Part shown: piece by piece, positions 1-11,472 of the stretch
Layout: each line of letters opens with the position of its first letter
Numbering within the stretch: the first letter of the stretch is position 1
Assembly (NCBI GenBank): GCA_052426225.1
Contig: JBNJNM010000013.1
Location: 1,922,001 to 1,986,000, forward strand
Source: Zancudomyces culisetae HAW-14-8
Lineage: Eukaryota > Fungi > Kickxellomycota
DNA: 64,000 nt
Reading direction: 5' to 3'
Notes under the pieces: model-generated
Database searches by the model: none
What the model was told of the DNA's origin: nothing
Seen by the model: only the letters and a program-made list of their open reading frames with translations
Program-made: the position numbers and the translations under genes

Positions 1-1402
1 TTTGCTTTTATTTGAAAGTAAACATGTAAGTCTGGATGTACTCAACTCATCGGTCGCAGTTTGGTACATTCAATCTTGCCTGTTTGTAGCTGTGTTTTTA
101 CTGGAGTTCTACTCCTACAACACTGCATAAAATTGTTTAAAGTTGTGGAATCATGTTCTTACAACATTGAATAATGTAGACTGCTGGATACACCATCTAT
201 GAAGATTCACAAAAATAGAAATCTGTCGGATTTGATGATAGTATACTAACATTACTACGAACCAGTTGAAAATGAATCTACTCTTTTTTGTAGAATTAAA
301 CTATGTCGTAGTATTTTTGTAGTTTACAACTCTGTCTTTTTCAATACAAAAACCATCTTTCTTCCTCTTCTTTTTCCATCCCTGCATGTTTTTTTGTCAG
401 TTTAATCAAGTATTCGACATCTCGTGTTCTATCCGACTAGAAACTCACACGTTCACTAAAATCATTGTGCATCCAAAAACATTTCTCTCTGATCCATTGG
501 GTGTGTTTTACAAAGAGTGAAGTTTGTAGTAAAAAGGAGCGTCACATTTGTGTTATATTCGATGTAACACATATTTCAGTGACATGTCCAGCCAGCTATG
601 GGATCGCTGAGTTATTGAAAAAGAGTGAGTAGAGAGGATACCACTTCATATAGACGACCAATGTTTGAAGTTTTTGTGATACCACACAGGATACTGTTTG
701 GTAAAGATTCTTTTTACTGGTGTATAATAGCAAGTGTTTTGTTGTAAACACTGCCAGTGAATCAATTTGGATACCGCTATCAAAGTCTGCTACTGGGAGT
801 ACGCATTTTTTAAACAACCAGTTTGAACCCTATCTGAAATATACACTGCAACTAAGTCATATATAAATCACATGTATGTGTACTCGTATTAATTGAATAC
901 TGTGTTAATAGAAAATTCAATCAAAAATGGCAAACTGAATAAGATAATTTTTTGTATTAAAAAATCAGCTAGTTGAAATTGATAGAATTTTTGAATGGAT
1001 TTAAGGTAGTATAGCCGAAACACCTTTTAGGATTTAAAAGAAAATCAATGATTCCCATTATCCTTTTACTATTCTTATTCTATTTAAAAAAGGGGCTTTA
1101 TGGTTTTATCTACACCATTAGCTAAACACTAATGGTGGTTAAATTACTGGTAATTCTGGTTGTCAAACCCTACATAAAAATTCTCCTTTTCAACTGAACT
1201 GATGATCAACCTTGAATATTAGACATTAATCACCAAAATTCAAGTTTGTGATTTTAGTAAACCATAGATATGTTTGTTTTGTGAATACGCAGATGTTCAC
1301 TAGCATTCAGGACGTTTGTGCTAAATTAGAGTATAATCTGGTAAAAGCCAAATGCATAGCTATATGTATGTGAAACTGTGGGAAATTATGCTCGCACTTG
1401 GA

Positions 1403-1410
1403 TATAAAAA
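1403..1410 (+). promoter_or_regulatory. Putative TATA box of the Cys/His-rich gene
   Basis: TATAAAAA about 185 nt upstream of ATG 1589. Confidence 0.35.
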
Positions 1411-1588
1411 GGGGTATCCGCCCTTCTGAATCCATGCCTACTTCAAGAAAAAGTAGCATTTACACAAAGAAAGGCATTACACAAGTCACCATTGCTAGAT
1501 ACAATATTCCTACTAGTCGAACTTGTTTTGGGTCAAATTTTTACACCATTATCATCTTTTTAGCATAAATAAAATACAGAAATAAAAA

Positions 1589-1897
1589 ATGTGCTTTGAA
1601 TGCTGGGGCCACCAAGGATATGGATGCTCACCCTTCAATAGAAACCATTGCAAGAGCTGCCATTATGACTGTTGTGGGTATGGCCACGACCATAAAGATG
1701 AAAAGCCAAAGGAGTCATCTATAGTAAAAAAATCTGACACATGTGAAGGGTGCAGATGGAGGTATGACTGGTGTAGCTGTGAACACACTCATGTTGCGAA
1801 AAAAGAGAAAAAGGAGGAGAAAGAGAAAGAGAAAGAGAAGAAGCCCAACAAAGATTTTTCTGAAGTTATCAGAATCAACGTGAACATTGTTTACTGA
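1589..1897 (+). CDS. Small Cys/His-rich protein, putative metal-binding, no recognised family
   Basis: 102 aa ORF with A-rich start context (aaataaaaaATG) and upstream TATA; 11 Cys and 7 His in CxxC/CC/CxC arrangements; Lys/Glu-rich stretch. Confidence 0.6.
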   Translation: MCFECWGHQGYGCSPFNRNHCKSCHYDCCGYGHDHKDEKPKESSIVKKSDTCEGCRWRYDWCSCEHTHVAKKEKKEEKEKEKEKKPNKDFSEVIRINVNIVY

Positions 1898-2237
1898 TTT
1901 TCTCGACTGATCCTAAAAACCATGACTTGAGCGCATAGCCAAGGGAAAGTGATCGAAAAGAGTGAGAAAGTCTAATCACAAGCGCGGAATTGACCGACGA
2001 AGCAGGAACCAGCTAATTCCTGGTTTCTATTTAAACGTACTATATATTTATATATATCTGAATTCAGTATAAAAAAGCTCATTTATTTCATTTAAAAAAC
2101 GAATTTTGGCAAATAAAACAGAATTACTAGTAATCTCATAAAAATAAGTACTGTTCCCTCCACTCAAATGAAAAAAAGTCGGAATATCCGCTCAATGTCT
2201 AAACGTGTTCGAATTGGCCTTATAAAGATTGATGAAA

Positions 2238-3914
2238 CTACATGTACATCTTGGTTTCGAGATGGTTTATAAATGAGTCGACGTCTCCAAATGTCGTAAA
2301 TCTTCCCAGGAATATTATGATCGTTTTATTTGCACCACAAAACCAGGCCTGGATAAAGCTGTTGGAATAAATGGGATAGTACATTTTGAATTCCTTTCTA
2401 GGAAAATTGCCCCCATAATGAAGCCAGTCAGATTTATCAAGTTCAAGTTGTGGAATGCGTGCGCTGACTATACCTGGACATTTTGATGAAGTGTTTTCAA
2501 AGAGAACAGGAGCTCTAAAGCGCCCTGCCATTTTATGTGCTAAATAGCTTGAAAGCTGATTTAGCAACATCGTGTCATGCTAAGAAATAGAAATATTATA
2601 CTTAGTTAGTCAATAATGCCTTTTTCTTGCCAAGTTTACAAATTGAATGAACAAAGTCATCTTATATGTAACAAAAAAAAAAGTCAGAACCCCTACAGCT
2701 ATTGGTCATCAAACTTATCACCACAGTAACAAGTAATCTACCTGTTGTATCTAGAAACCAACGTAACGTTTATTTCTGATACCTTAGCTTTTGTATCAAT
2801 CATGTAGTTCAGATGCCTAAAGAGATTTTGAAAAAAGAAAGTATACTTACATGGTGTTCGGAAGTTGCAAGCTCACACGCCTCACCAAAACCAGCCACCA
2901 GAAAAGGTGATAGTGTTCCACTCCTCATGCCCCTTTCCTGCCCACCTCCTGAAACAATAGGCAGAAGACTAGATCTTAGATCTGATCTAATATACAATGC
3001 ACCTATACCTTGTGGTCCATATACGTCCTTTCCTGAAAAACTGGCGAGATCTATCCCAAGGTTCTTAAAATTAAAGGCGACTCTTCCAAAAGCCTTTGAA
3101 AAGTCACAGTGTAAAACAGCATTGTTATTTTTACAGAGTTCGGCTATCTCTTTGATAGGTTGTATGGTTCCTGAAACGCCATTCAATGCGGCGAATGTAA
3201 CCAGAAATGCACCTTGTTTGATATTTTTTTCAAGTTTAGCAATGTCTACATGGCCATCATCAAGCAATGGAATAGTGCTTATCGAAAATCCCTTGGTTTT
3301 CAGATACTCGCAACTTTCTTGTGTACCCTTGGAGTCGATACCTGAATTTAAAAGCACCTTTTTCTCTTTACGTTGAGTAAACTCGAATCCCTTTATTGCC
3401 AGATTGTTACTTTCGGTGATTCCTGATGTAAAATATATTTCATTTACATTTGCCCCAGTATAGTCAGCAATTTTCTAAAAAGTATTTGTGTTTTTTCGCC
3501 AGTTAGCTCAAGAAAACAACAATGTGTTTAAAATTAAAATAGTAAATAAAGGTATAGAGGTGCAGCTATCATGCATCGAAAACCGTAGCTTACCTCTCTA
3601 GCAGCATCAACATGGCGTAAAGCCTCCCTTCCAAATACATGAGACCGCGAATGGGGATTGCCATAGATTGTTGTCAAAAGTGGCAATGTTGCATCAAGAA
3701 TTCTGGGATCCATGACTGAATCCTCTGTCGCTCTTAAATGTCCTCCCTCATTTCTTGTTCCCAGTGTGGTTTTGGAAATGCACAAAGTTCGATATATACA
3801 ACACCTATACCTATAAACCTGAACTCTTTCCCACAACCATGGTTGAATTGGTTTTCTGGTGCAAATATTTGGGTTACATGATCCTGGTTTGGCTGACAAA
3901 ATTCTTGATATCAT
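2238..3914 (-). CDS. Cysteine desulfurase (Nfs1/IscS family)-like protein with catalytic residues lost; 3 exons (3914-3594, 3474-2851, 2579-2238)
   Basis: Family motifs DPRILDA, YGNPHSRSH, FTSGITESNNLAIKG, YGPQGIGALYIR, SGGGQERGMRSGT, LGRFTT. Introns 3593-3475 and 2850-2580 have GTAAG donors, CTAAC branch points and AG acceptors and restore the frame. Start codon uncertain. Confidence 0.8.
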
Positions 3915-4935
3915 ATGTAAAACTATTCCACAATCTTGAAGTGATGTGATAAGAGGAATGGAATTATGCTGATTTTAGGCTCCACTAACGCTATTTTTTC
4001 CTGACGTTTCCATATTTGATCACATTACGTAAATTAAATATATTTCAACCAAATTTAATTCTAACCTATTGTTGTGACATTTTTTGCTATTTTTCTGATT
4101 GGAGTGGCAAGAACTCTATCTAATTTTCAATATAAAATTGGTTCTAAAAATGTACTTTATATATCAGTAATAAAAATTAATATAGCAAATTAACAAATCT
4201 AGTAATGATAAATCAGTAAAAATATACTGCCAAAGCTGCATTAGCTAAAAAAAGGCCTCCCCAGCTAGTTGGACTAAATAAGCGGAATAAATAGTTTAAA
4301 ATAAAACAATCCCATTCTTTGCACTTTCAAATCGGCGTAGAAAAAAGCTTGAGTTTCATGTTATAACAGGTAGAAGTATAACTACAATGGATTATTTCTA
4401 TCAAGCGATCAGTAAACCCAAGCTAATTCGTAATTTACATTTGGCAAACTCGAGAAAAAAAAACTCCGCAGAATAGAAAGAATCGAGTGGAATATCTTTC
4501 CCATCATTCAAATAAAGCTGCTTTTAGTTTGCATCTATGATAAAAACAAATTTACACGTAATATTATTTGTTGTATGTTTATAAAACACGCAGAATGACT
4601 GTATTATAACTACGATTTTGGGGGTTGAATTTAAATTATTCTTAAACTTTTGCTTGTATGATTACATCAAAATACAAATGAGAGTTTGAGACAATACTCG
4701 AACAATGTATTGAAATTAGATTGTCGTGATTTTAGTTTCACAACACTAGTTAAATAGCATTCACTTCCATCTTTTTCTTAAATCTCTTATTTGCATATTT
4801 TAATTTTGACAATACTATATTTTGTATCTAGATAGCCGTTATACACTTTTCATTTCCAAAAAAAAAATACTCGGTAATAGGAACAAACATATACATAGGA
4901 TAAACCGGATGAAATAGTGAAAATAAATCGGAAAT

Positions 4936-5646
4936 ATGAACTTGGAGCAGTTTGAAAGCAGAGAGTATAGACATATACCTGAACAACCCATCGTCACAAG
5001 CTCAGCGCAAAGCCGCATAGATACTGTGAGTGGAGCCATACCACAGCTTTCTCTAAACTTAGACTCTACTGGCAGTGTTGAGTCGGGTATTTTGAACGAT
5101 GTTTTAGGCGAAAAGAGTGAGCCAGAGCATGACACCTGTAGTAATTCGTATTCAAAAGAGGTACAAATCAACCAGGAAGCAAGTAAGAAACCAGAGTTTG
5201 AATGGGTACCTGCAAGGGATGGATACATCCCACCGAATGCCGTAGTGGGTGGAACCGAAATTGATGGTACGCCGTTATATGTGGGAAGAGTCTTCTACGA
5301 TGGTGGTCTACATCCTGGTAAATGCGGTCCACATCTTGAAGGAGGCGGGTTTGCACTTGGATATGACGGAAAGGAGATAAAGCTAAACAAATATTTTGTA
5401 CTGTGTGGCGACGCCAGCAAACTAAAGTGGATTGAACAGAATGGTAATTTAATGATAATTGGGTTCAAGCCTTTAGAGGCTGGGAATGAAGCCAGCGGTG
5501 AACCACTTTACATTGCAAGGACAGAGTACAATGGTGGGTATCAGATAGGAAAGTGTGGAGAACATATAAAGGAGGGGATAGTATTTCCGTATTTTAAAAA
5601 AGAGAGATCCGAGAAAAAATATACTATTCTTGCACACCTGTACTAA
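4936..5646 (+). CDS. DM9-repeat (DUF3421) protein with acidic/Ser-rich N-terminus
   Basis: Two DM9 repeats: WVPARDGYIPPNAVVGG..DGTPLYVGR...GGLHPGK and PLEAGNEASGEPLYIAR...GGYQIGK. Confidence 0.88.
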   Translation: MNLEQFESREYRHIPEQPIVTSSAQSRIDTVSGAIPQLSLNLDSTGSVESGILNDVLGEKSEPEHDTCSNSYSKEVQINQEASKKPEFEWVPARDGYIPPNAVVGGTEIDGTPLYVGRVFYDGGLHPGKCGPHLEGGGFALGYDGKEIKLNKYFVLCGDASKLKWIEQNGNLMIIGFKPLEAGNEASGEPLYIARTEYNGGYQIGKCGEHIKEGIVFPYFKKERSEKKYTILAHLY

Positions 5647-6874
5647 CTTTATTCCTCAACGCATTATGTTTTTTTTTAATTTTTTTTTTAACTTTGAAAA
5701 TGTAACTCTTTATTTTTCGGTTAGTGGATATGATCTTATCTGATCTGAGAAGAGGGAAGGTATTGAGAAATGATAATAGTTGAAGTTTGTTTTACCTCTA
5801 GTACCCTCAGCTTTTCGATAAATAAAAAGTTTGCAATAGTAATCTAGAAAAATGACAATATGAAACTGGTCTAAATTTAATTGCAGTATAACATTGGTTT
5901 TTAGGAAAAAGAGGATGGAGGGGCGGAGTCATGGTTTATTTTTTAACGTGAAAAATGCATTTTAACCAAAACCAGTAAAACCAGCGCCATAATGGGATTA
6001 TCTCTTTCCATAACACTCCAACTGTCCCGTCAAAAAAAGACCACAATAATAATACACATCGTATCATATCGAAGTACATCGATCAAGTAAAAGCTTATTC
6101 ATCATATCTATGCCAAGCAATTTTACTCTTGTTTAGTTCGGCTCAAAGAAAAAAAAATGCTACCATGGTGAAAATTGGTGATGTTTATTTGCTTGTTAGT
6201 AATGGAGGCGTATGCCACGCCCTTACCTTTCCTTTCGCCTCTGCTAGAATAGGCTATTTGTTTAGTTTTTGACAAAAGAAAACAAAGCAGAACAACCCAA
6301 CGCAATACATTACAGCTGCGTTGGTTGGCTTGGTATTTTTCATTTCTTGCTCAATTGCATTGTTAGCAATTTCATGTGAATATTCGCTTCACCACTTACA
6401 AAATTCACAAGTCCGAATTTTTCTCTTTGAAATAAAAATAATGCATTAACCTACATATTTACCAAATCATGTAATCTTGTTGATCATTTTTGTACTGCAA
6501 TTTCAACCTTCATTTGCCGAGAATTAAAAAAGCACCTTTCCCCTTCTCCTCCCCCCCAAAAAAATATCTGAGATAAAATGCAAAGCTAACAGTTGGCATC
6601 AAAATAAAGAACAGTGGACAAGATGCCAAAAATAAGTGGTCGAAATTAACGAGCTTTCGGTTAAATGCCAAACGAACATTCTGTAAACTACGACAAAAAT
6701 AAAAATGCAATGAAATTCAAACTCAAACCAGGAGCAAATAGGTTTCACACTTTTCTATATAAACAACCCCACTCCATCCCTCACTCCAGGACAGAAATAC
6801 TTTGTTTAAAAACCCACAATCTCGTTCCATTATATTAAGGAGCCAAAAGGAAAAGTAATAAGACATATATAAAA

Positions 6875-7600
6875 ATGAACCCAGGACAGAATTACAATCA
6901 AGGTGGACCAGGTTTTCCAGGAGGACCAGGAGGACCACCACAACGTCCTCCAGGTATGGGACCAGGTTTCCCAGGAGGCCCAGGAGGACCACCACAACAT
7001 CCTCCAGGTATGGGACCAGGTTTCCCGGGAGGCCCAGGAGGACCACAACAGAGCCATGCCCCACCAAGCATGGGCCCAGGAGGACCATACGGACAAGGTG
7101 GAAATTTCGGTGCGGGGTACGGTGCTCCAGGCCCAGTGTCTGCACAGGTAACATTCCAGTGGGTAGCTGCAAAGAATGGAAAGATCCCACCAAATGCTGT
7201 ACAAGGTGGAGTTGAAAGAGACGGAAAACCACTTTATGTAGGCCGTGCTTTCTATAAGGGTGGGTTGCATCCTGGAAAATGCGCACCGCACCTCGAGGAT
7301 GGTGGGTTTGCCTTTGGATACGGAGGAAAAGAGGTTAGATTGAACGAATATTTTGTATTGTGTGGCGATGCTAGCAAATTGAGATGGGTTGAGCAAACTG
7401 GATCTCTCCGTATATCCAATTTTAGACCTCTTGAGGCAGGACATGAGGCGGATGGTGAGGCATTGTATGTAGCCAAGGCAGCTTATGAAGGTGGTCAAGT
7501 TGTAGGAAAGTGTGGTCAACATTTGAAAGAAGGAATGACCTTCTCATATGGCAAGAAAGAGAAGAACTCCAGCAGCTACATGGTTCTTTGCATTGCGTAA
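6875..7600 (+). CDS. DM9-repeat (DUF3421) protein with Gly/Pro-rich N-terminal repeats
   Basis: Two DM9 repeats closely similar to the upstream paralogue; TATATAAA near 6757; aaaaATG context. Confidence 0.9.
   Translation: MNPGQNYNQGGPGFPGGPGGPPQRPPGMGPGFPGGPGGPPQHPPGMGPGFPGGPGGPQQSHAPPSMGPGGPYGQGGNFGAGYGAPGPVSAQVTFQWVAAKNGKIPPNAVQGGVERDGKPLYVGRAFYKGGLHPGKCAPHLEDGGFAFGYGGKEVRLNEYFVLCGDASKLRWVEQTGSLRISNFRPLEAGHEADGEALYVAKAAYEGGQVVGKCGQHLKEGMTFSYGKKEKNSSSYMVLCIA
6905..7050 (+). repeat. 54-bp coding tandem repeat (GPGFPGGPGGPPQxPPGM, about 2.7 copies)
   Basis: Visible in both DNA and translation. Confidence 0.9.
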
Positions 7601-9125
7601 GCGACAACGGATGTGTATCTAGCTCGGCGCTCTTATTTTGATTTTCTTTTACCCGTTTACTATTTTCTTAGTTTGTTGTCTTTGTTTTTTTTTGGCATTT
7701 TGCTATTCAAGATTGACAAACTGCAATAAATAATCCTGTACTAATTATAACCCGTCCTTCTCTGTCCTGACACTATACGTATTTGGTACCTTGCTCTGAA
7801 TGAGTTTTATTAAAATGCTTGCTTAGTGATTATTGTACTAAACCTGTATGGATTTAAAAACACTTTCATATTTTGTTTTTAGAACACGTCTAAGCAAAAA
7901 TAATTGTGCATATCTTTCTGTTTTTGCCCTGTCAAATAGCATTCCTTCAGTATCAGTATCAGTATCAGTGTATGGCTATGTGATGTAAAAGCAAGCGTAG
8001 ATGATCAATTGTCGAACCAACGATTTCTGGAATATATACTAGCAACGAAGCTGGTGTGCAGCAATGGAAAATCTATGTTTTTTTGTATTAGACGAGCTTG
8101 GATATGTGATTGTTTTTATTTATTTTTTGGTATCACCAATTATGATCAGGTTCAGGGTGCTCTGTGAGAAAATAGCCTCTAAACCAGCATATTATACAGA
8201 AGTCGCATCTAAAGTTTTACTCTCTTTCTCGCTAACCCAGGTTCAAAGGTACTATGATTAGAAAAATCGAGATAATACCACTGTTCATTGGGGAGGGGTG
8301 ATGAGGTAGACTTATACTGGGGTTTAATTTTTGGATGTATAAACGCATGTAGCATGTGTGTGCAGCTCATTCGATCAAGATGCGCATATGATTGTACTAT
8401 ATGCACCGATGTGTATTTTTCTTTTTCTTTTTTTTTTACCTTTTGGTGAGGTGCATCAAGTGTTGGTAACCCAAAGAAACTTTGCTTTTCAGTTGCATAA
8501 GAATGATAAAATGTTATTTTTATTAGTAAAACACGGGTATGTAACAAATCAAAAGATAGTATGGTACTGCTTTTTAAGCAAATAATACAACAGCAGCATT
8601 TTAGAAGTGAATCGATAAGAGTTCGCTAACCCTTTTTCTTCCAGTAGACGACATTGATTTACGATTGCGAAAAGAGTATGTGTGGATTTATTGCATTGAT
8701 AGGAGCTTTGTTATTTAGTAAGTACTATTTTCCTGTTGTGAACAAAAAAAGAAACAGCAGTTATGAGTGAAAATGTTGGTTTTGCATTAAAAAGACACTA
8801 ATGTCAACACAAATTGCATTATATTTAATACATGAGCTTGGTCATTGGTTTAGTATTGGAAAAAATAAAGCAAAATTGTCATACGACAGCAGTAGTTAAA
8901 ACCCCTATGACTAGAAATTCTAAAAGACTTGGGGGGTAAAGGTGAACAGGAAAAAATAACTATTGCTAGCGAAAGCCTGAGGGAAATGCAAAAAGCAAAC
9001 TGTAGAGAGGTATAAAAAGGATAACTCTTCCTATATATACCCGCCTCACGCTTTCTGAGAAAAAAAAAGATTTTGAGAGTTTTTCAGCCGATTAAAGCAT
9101 AAACAGAAAGTTAGTACAAGTACAG

Positions 9126-9675
9126 GTGAGTTCGGGTTATTTTTATCTTTAGCACACCTCTCCCATATTAAATACGACTTTTAAATTGTGGGGGAAAAGA
9201 AGAATCGTAGATAAGCTGAAAAGCTGAACTACAAAGTAAAAAAGAGTCAGAAGACAAAGCTTTAAAGCTGTAAGACTAAACAGATAATATTGTTAGCCAG
9301 CCTCGATGATTTCGCACTTCATGTATTATTTCCAGAAGTGCATCTGTTTTTTCTTTTCATTTCCTTTTTCTTGCACAAAAAAAAAGGTGATTTATTTCTG
9401 ATAAAGAAAAAAACGTACTTGATAAAACGCAATTACAAATTGAATTAGCTTGTAAAACTAGTGTAAGGTTGCGATTGGATAGATGAAGTGGTGCAGATTG
9501 TGAATTAAAGTGGAAAGAAGAGGCGGGGATTGGAAAACTGATAATAGCTGATATAGAATCTGATAGCCTGTTTTTATTCTTGTTTGGCTTTATAAAACGC
9601 TGGAAAAAATAAAGTATATAATACTAGTCATAATTCTGTCCTTTTTGAGACTCGCTAATCAAGGGATAAATATAG
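9126..9675 (+). other. Putative 5'-UTR intron of PGK
   Basis: CAG|GTGAGT donor downstream of a TATATA at about 9032; GCTAATC branch near 9654; TATAG acceptor 17 nt before the ATG. Confidence 0.5.
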
Positions 9676-9692
9676 GTAAACCAAGTGTAAAA

Positions 9693-11276
9693 ATGTCAAT
9701 TTCAAACAAAGTATCAGTTAGAGACGTTGATGTCAGTGGAAAAAGAGTGTTGATGCGTGTGGACTTTAACGTTCCATTGGACTCGAACCAAGTTATCACA
9801 AACAATGCAAGAATCGTGGCTGCTTTGCCAACTATCAACTGCGTCTTGGATAAGGGTAAGTAAATTTGCGAGTGTATGAATAGTTTATGTATGTGTATGT
9901 GTATGTGTATGTGTGGAAGGGCGAGAGATTTGAATGCGGCAGTCATACATAGATGTTTTTGTTTACGTCATTTAATTGATGCAGTTTATTATTTATCAAC
10001 ATTTATATCCTCAGTTGATCCTTTTGGGGCCTTGTACTTAATTACAACCAAAAGGAGATACAGAAAGAGGAGTATGAAACCGTATGGTAAATAGAGGATG
10101 AAATGGAGGGGGGGGGGGAAGAAGGAACGAGGTATATACTGTTAGTAAATACTTATCTGTGATAAATAACACAAAATAGGTGCCGCTGGTGTTGTTTTGA
10201 TGAGTCATCTTGGACGTCCTGACGGAAAGAGAACTGAAAAGTACTCGCTAAAGCCAGTGTCTGTAGAGCTTGAAAAGCTGCTCAACAGAAAGGTTACTTT
10301 CTTGGAAGATTGCGTGGGAGAGGAGGTCGAGAAGACATGTAGAAACCTCAGTGGAGGACAAGTAGTTCTTTTGGAAAACTTGCGTTTCCATATTGAGGAA
10401 GAGGGTAGTGTGAAAGATAAGCAAGGAAATAAGACAAAGGCAAAGGAGGAAGACGTCAAGGAATTCAGAAGACAATTGACATCCCTAGGAGACGTATATG
10501 TCAATGATGCTTTTGGAACAGCACATAGAGCACACAGTTCAATGGTAGGAGTAGATCTTCCAGTCAAGGCAGCAGGTCTACTGATGGAGAAGGAGTTGGC
10601 ATACTTTGCCCAAGCATTGGAAAAACCAGGAAGACCATACCTTGCAATTTTGGGAGGTGCAAAGGTTTCAGACAAAATCCAGCTGATCTCAAGTCTTTTG
10701 GATAAGGTTGATATTATGATAATTGGAGGAGGAATGGCATACACATTCTTGAAAGTGACCGAAAACATGGCTATTGGAGACTCACTCTTTGATCAGGCCG
10801 GATCAGAAATCGTAGGCAAGTTGATGGAACAAGCCAAGGCAAAGAATGTCAAGATTATTTTGCCTACTGACTTTGTAATTGCTGACAAGTTTGCACCAGA
10901 TGCCAACACCAGTGTGGTAACCACCAAGGATGGAATTCCACAAGGATGGATGGGATTGGACATTGGCCCTGATACTAGAAAAGCATTCGCCGATGCAATC
11001 AGCAGTGCTAAATTGATTGTGTGGAATGGACCTTGTGGTGTATTTGAGTTTGATAAGTTTGCTTTGGGAACTAAAGCAACTATGGATGCCTTGATCAGTG
11101 CCACCAAGAGCAGCTCGGATGTAGTCTCTATTATAGGAGGTGGTGATACAGCCACTGCTGCTGCCAAATGGAACGTTGAAGATCAATTTTCACATGTTTC
11201 TACAGGAGGAGGTGCATCCCTTGAGCTTTTGGAGGGCAAGACATTGCCAGGAGTTGCTGCACTTTCCAACAAATAA
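9693..11276 (+). CDS. PGK1: Phosphoglycerate kinase; exons 9693-9855 and 10180-11276
   Basis: [62 protein letters not shown]; intron 9856-10179 (GTAAGT...TAG) restores the frame. Confidence 0.98.
9890..9913 (+). repeat. (TATGTG)4 microsatellite in the PGK intron
   Basis: Direct reading. Confidence 0.85.
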
Positions 11277-11393
11277 AGAGGCTTGGTACAGGTTTTTTTT
11301 ATATCATACCAAAAATTTTCATTAAAACTTTATTTTCACTCTTTTTCTAAAAAAAACTGAATAAATGAGGATGTAACAAAAAAAAAACACGAT

Positions 11394-11418
11394 AAGAGAA
11401 GAGAAGAGAAGAGAAGAG
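11394..11418 (+). repeat. (AAGAG)5 microsatellite between the convergent PGK and SelO genes
   Basis: Direct reading. Confidence 0.8.
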
Positions 11419-11472
11419 CAGTTGAAATAAAGAGAAAAGTTGCATTGCAACTCCAAAAATCTATAATGTTGT

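Noticed and set aside
1-840. Coding-like sequence on the minus strand (ORF 596-817 and downstream)
   Set aside because: The frames I translated contain multiple stops and no recognisable motif; it may be a decayed gene or element but cannot be supported.
1895-1975. TGA readthrough or SECIS-like ATGA..GA hairpin after the Cys-rich ORF
   Set aside because: The stem is short and mismatched, the GA quartet geometry is not met, and the downstream frame is unremarkable.
2680-2815. TGATGA...CTGA on the minus strand in intron 2 of the Nfs1-like gene (possible snoRNA or hidden exon)
   Set aside because: The boxes are under 20 nt apart with no recognisable rRNA guide, and the candidate mini-exon has an in-frame stop.
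2238-3914. Nfs1-like gene as a selenocysteine lyase
   Set aside because: Selenocysteine lyases also need the PLP lysine and an active-site Cys, both missing here; the retained motifs are Nfs1-type.
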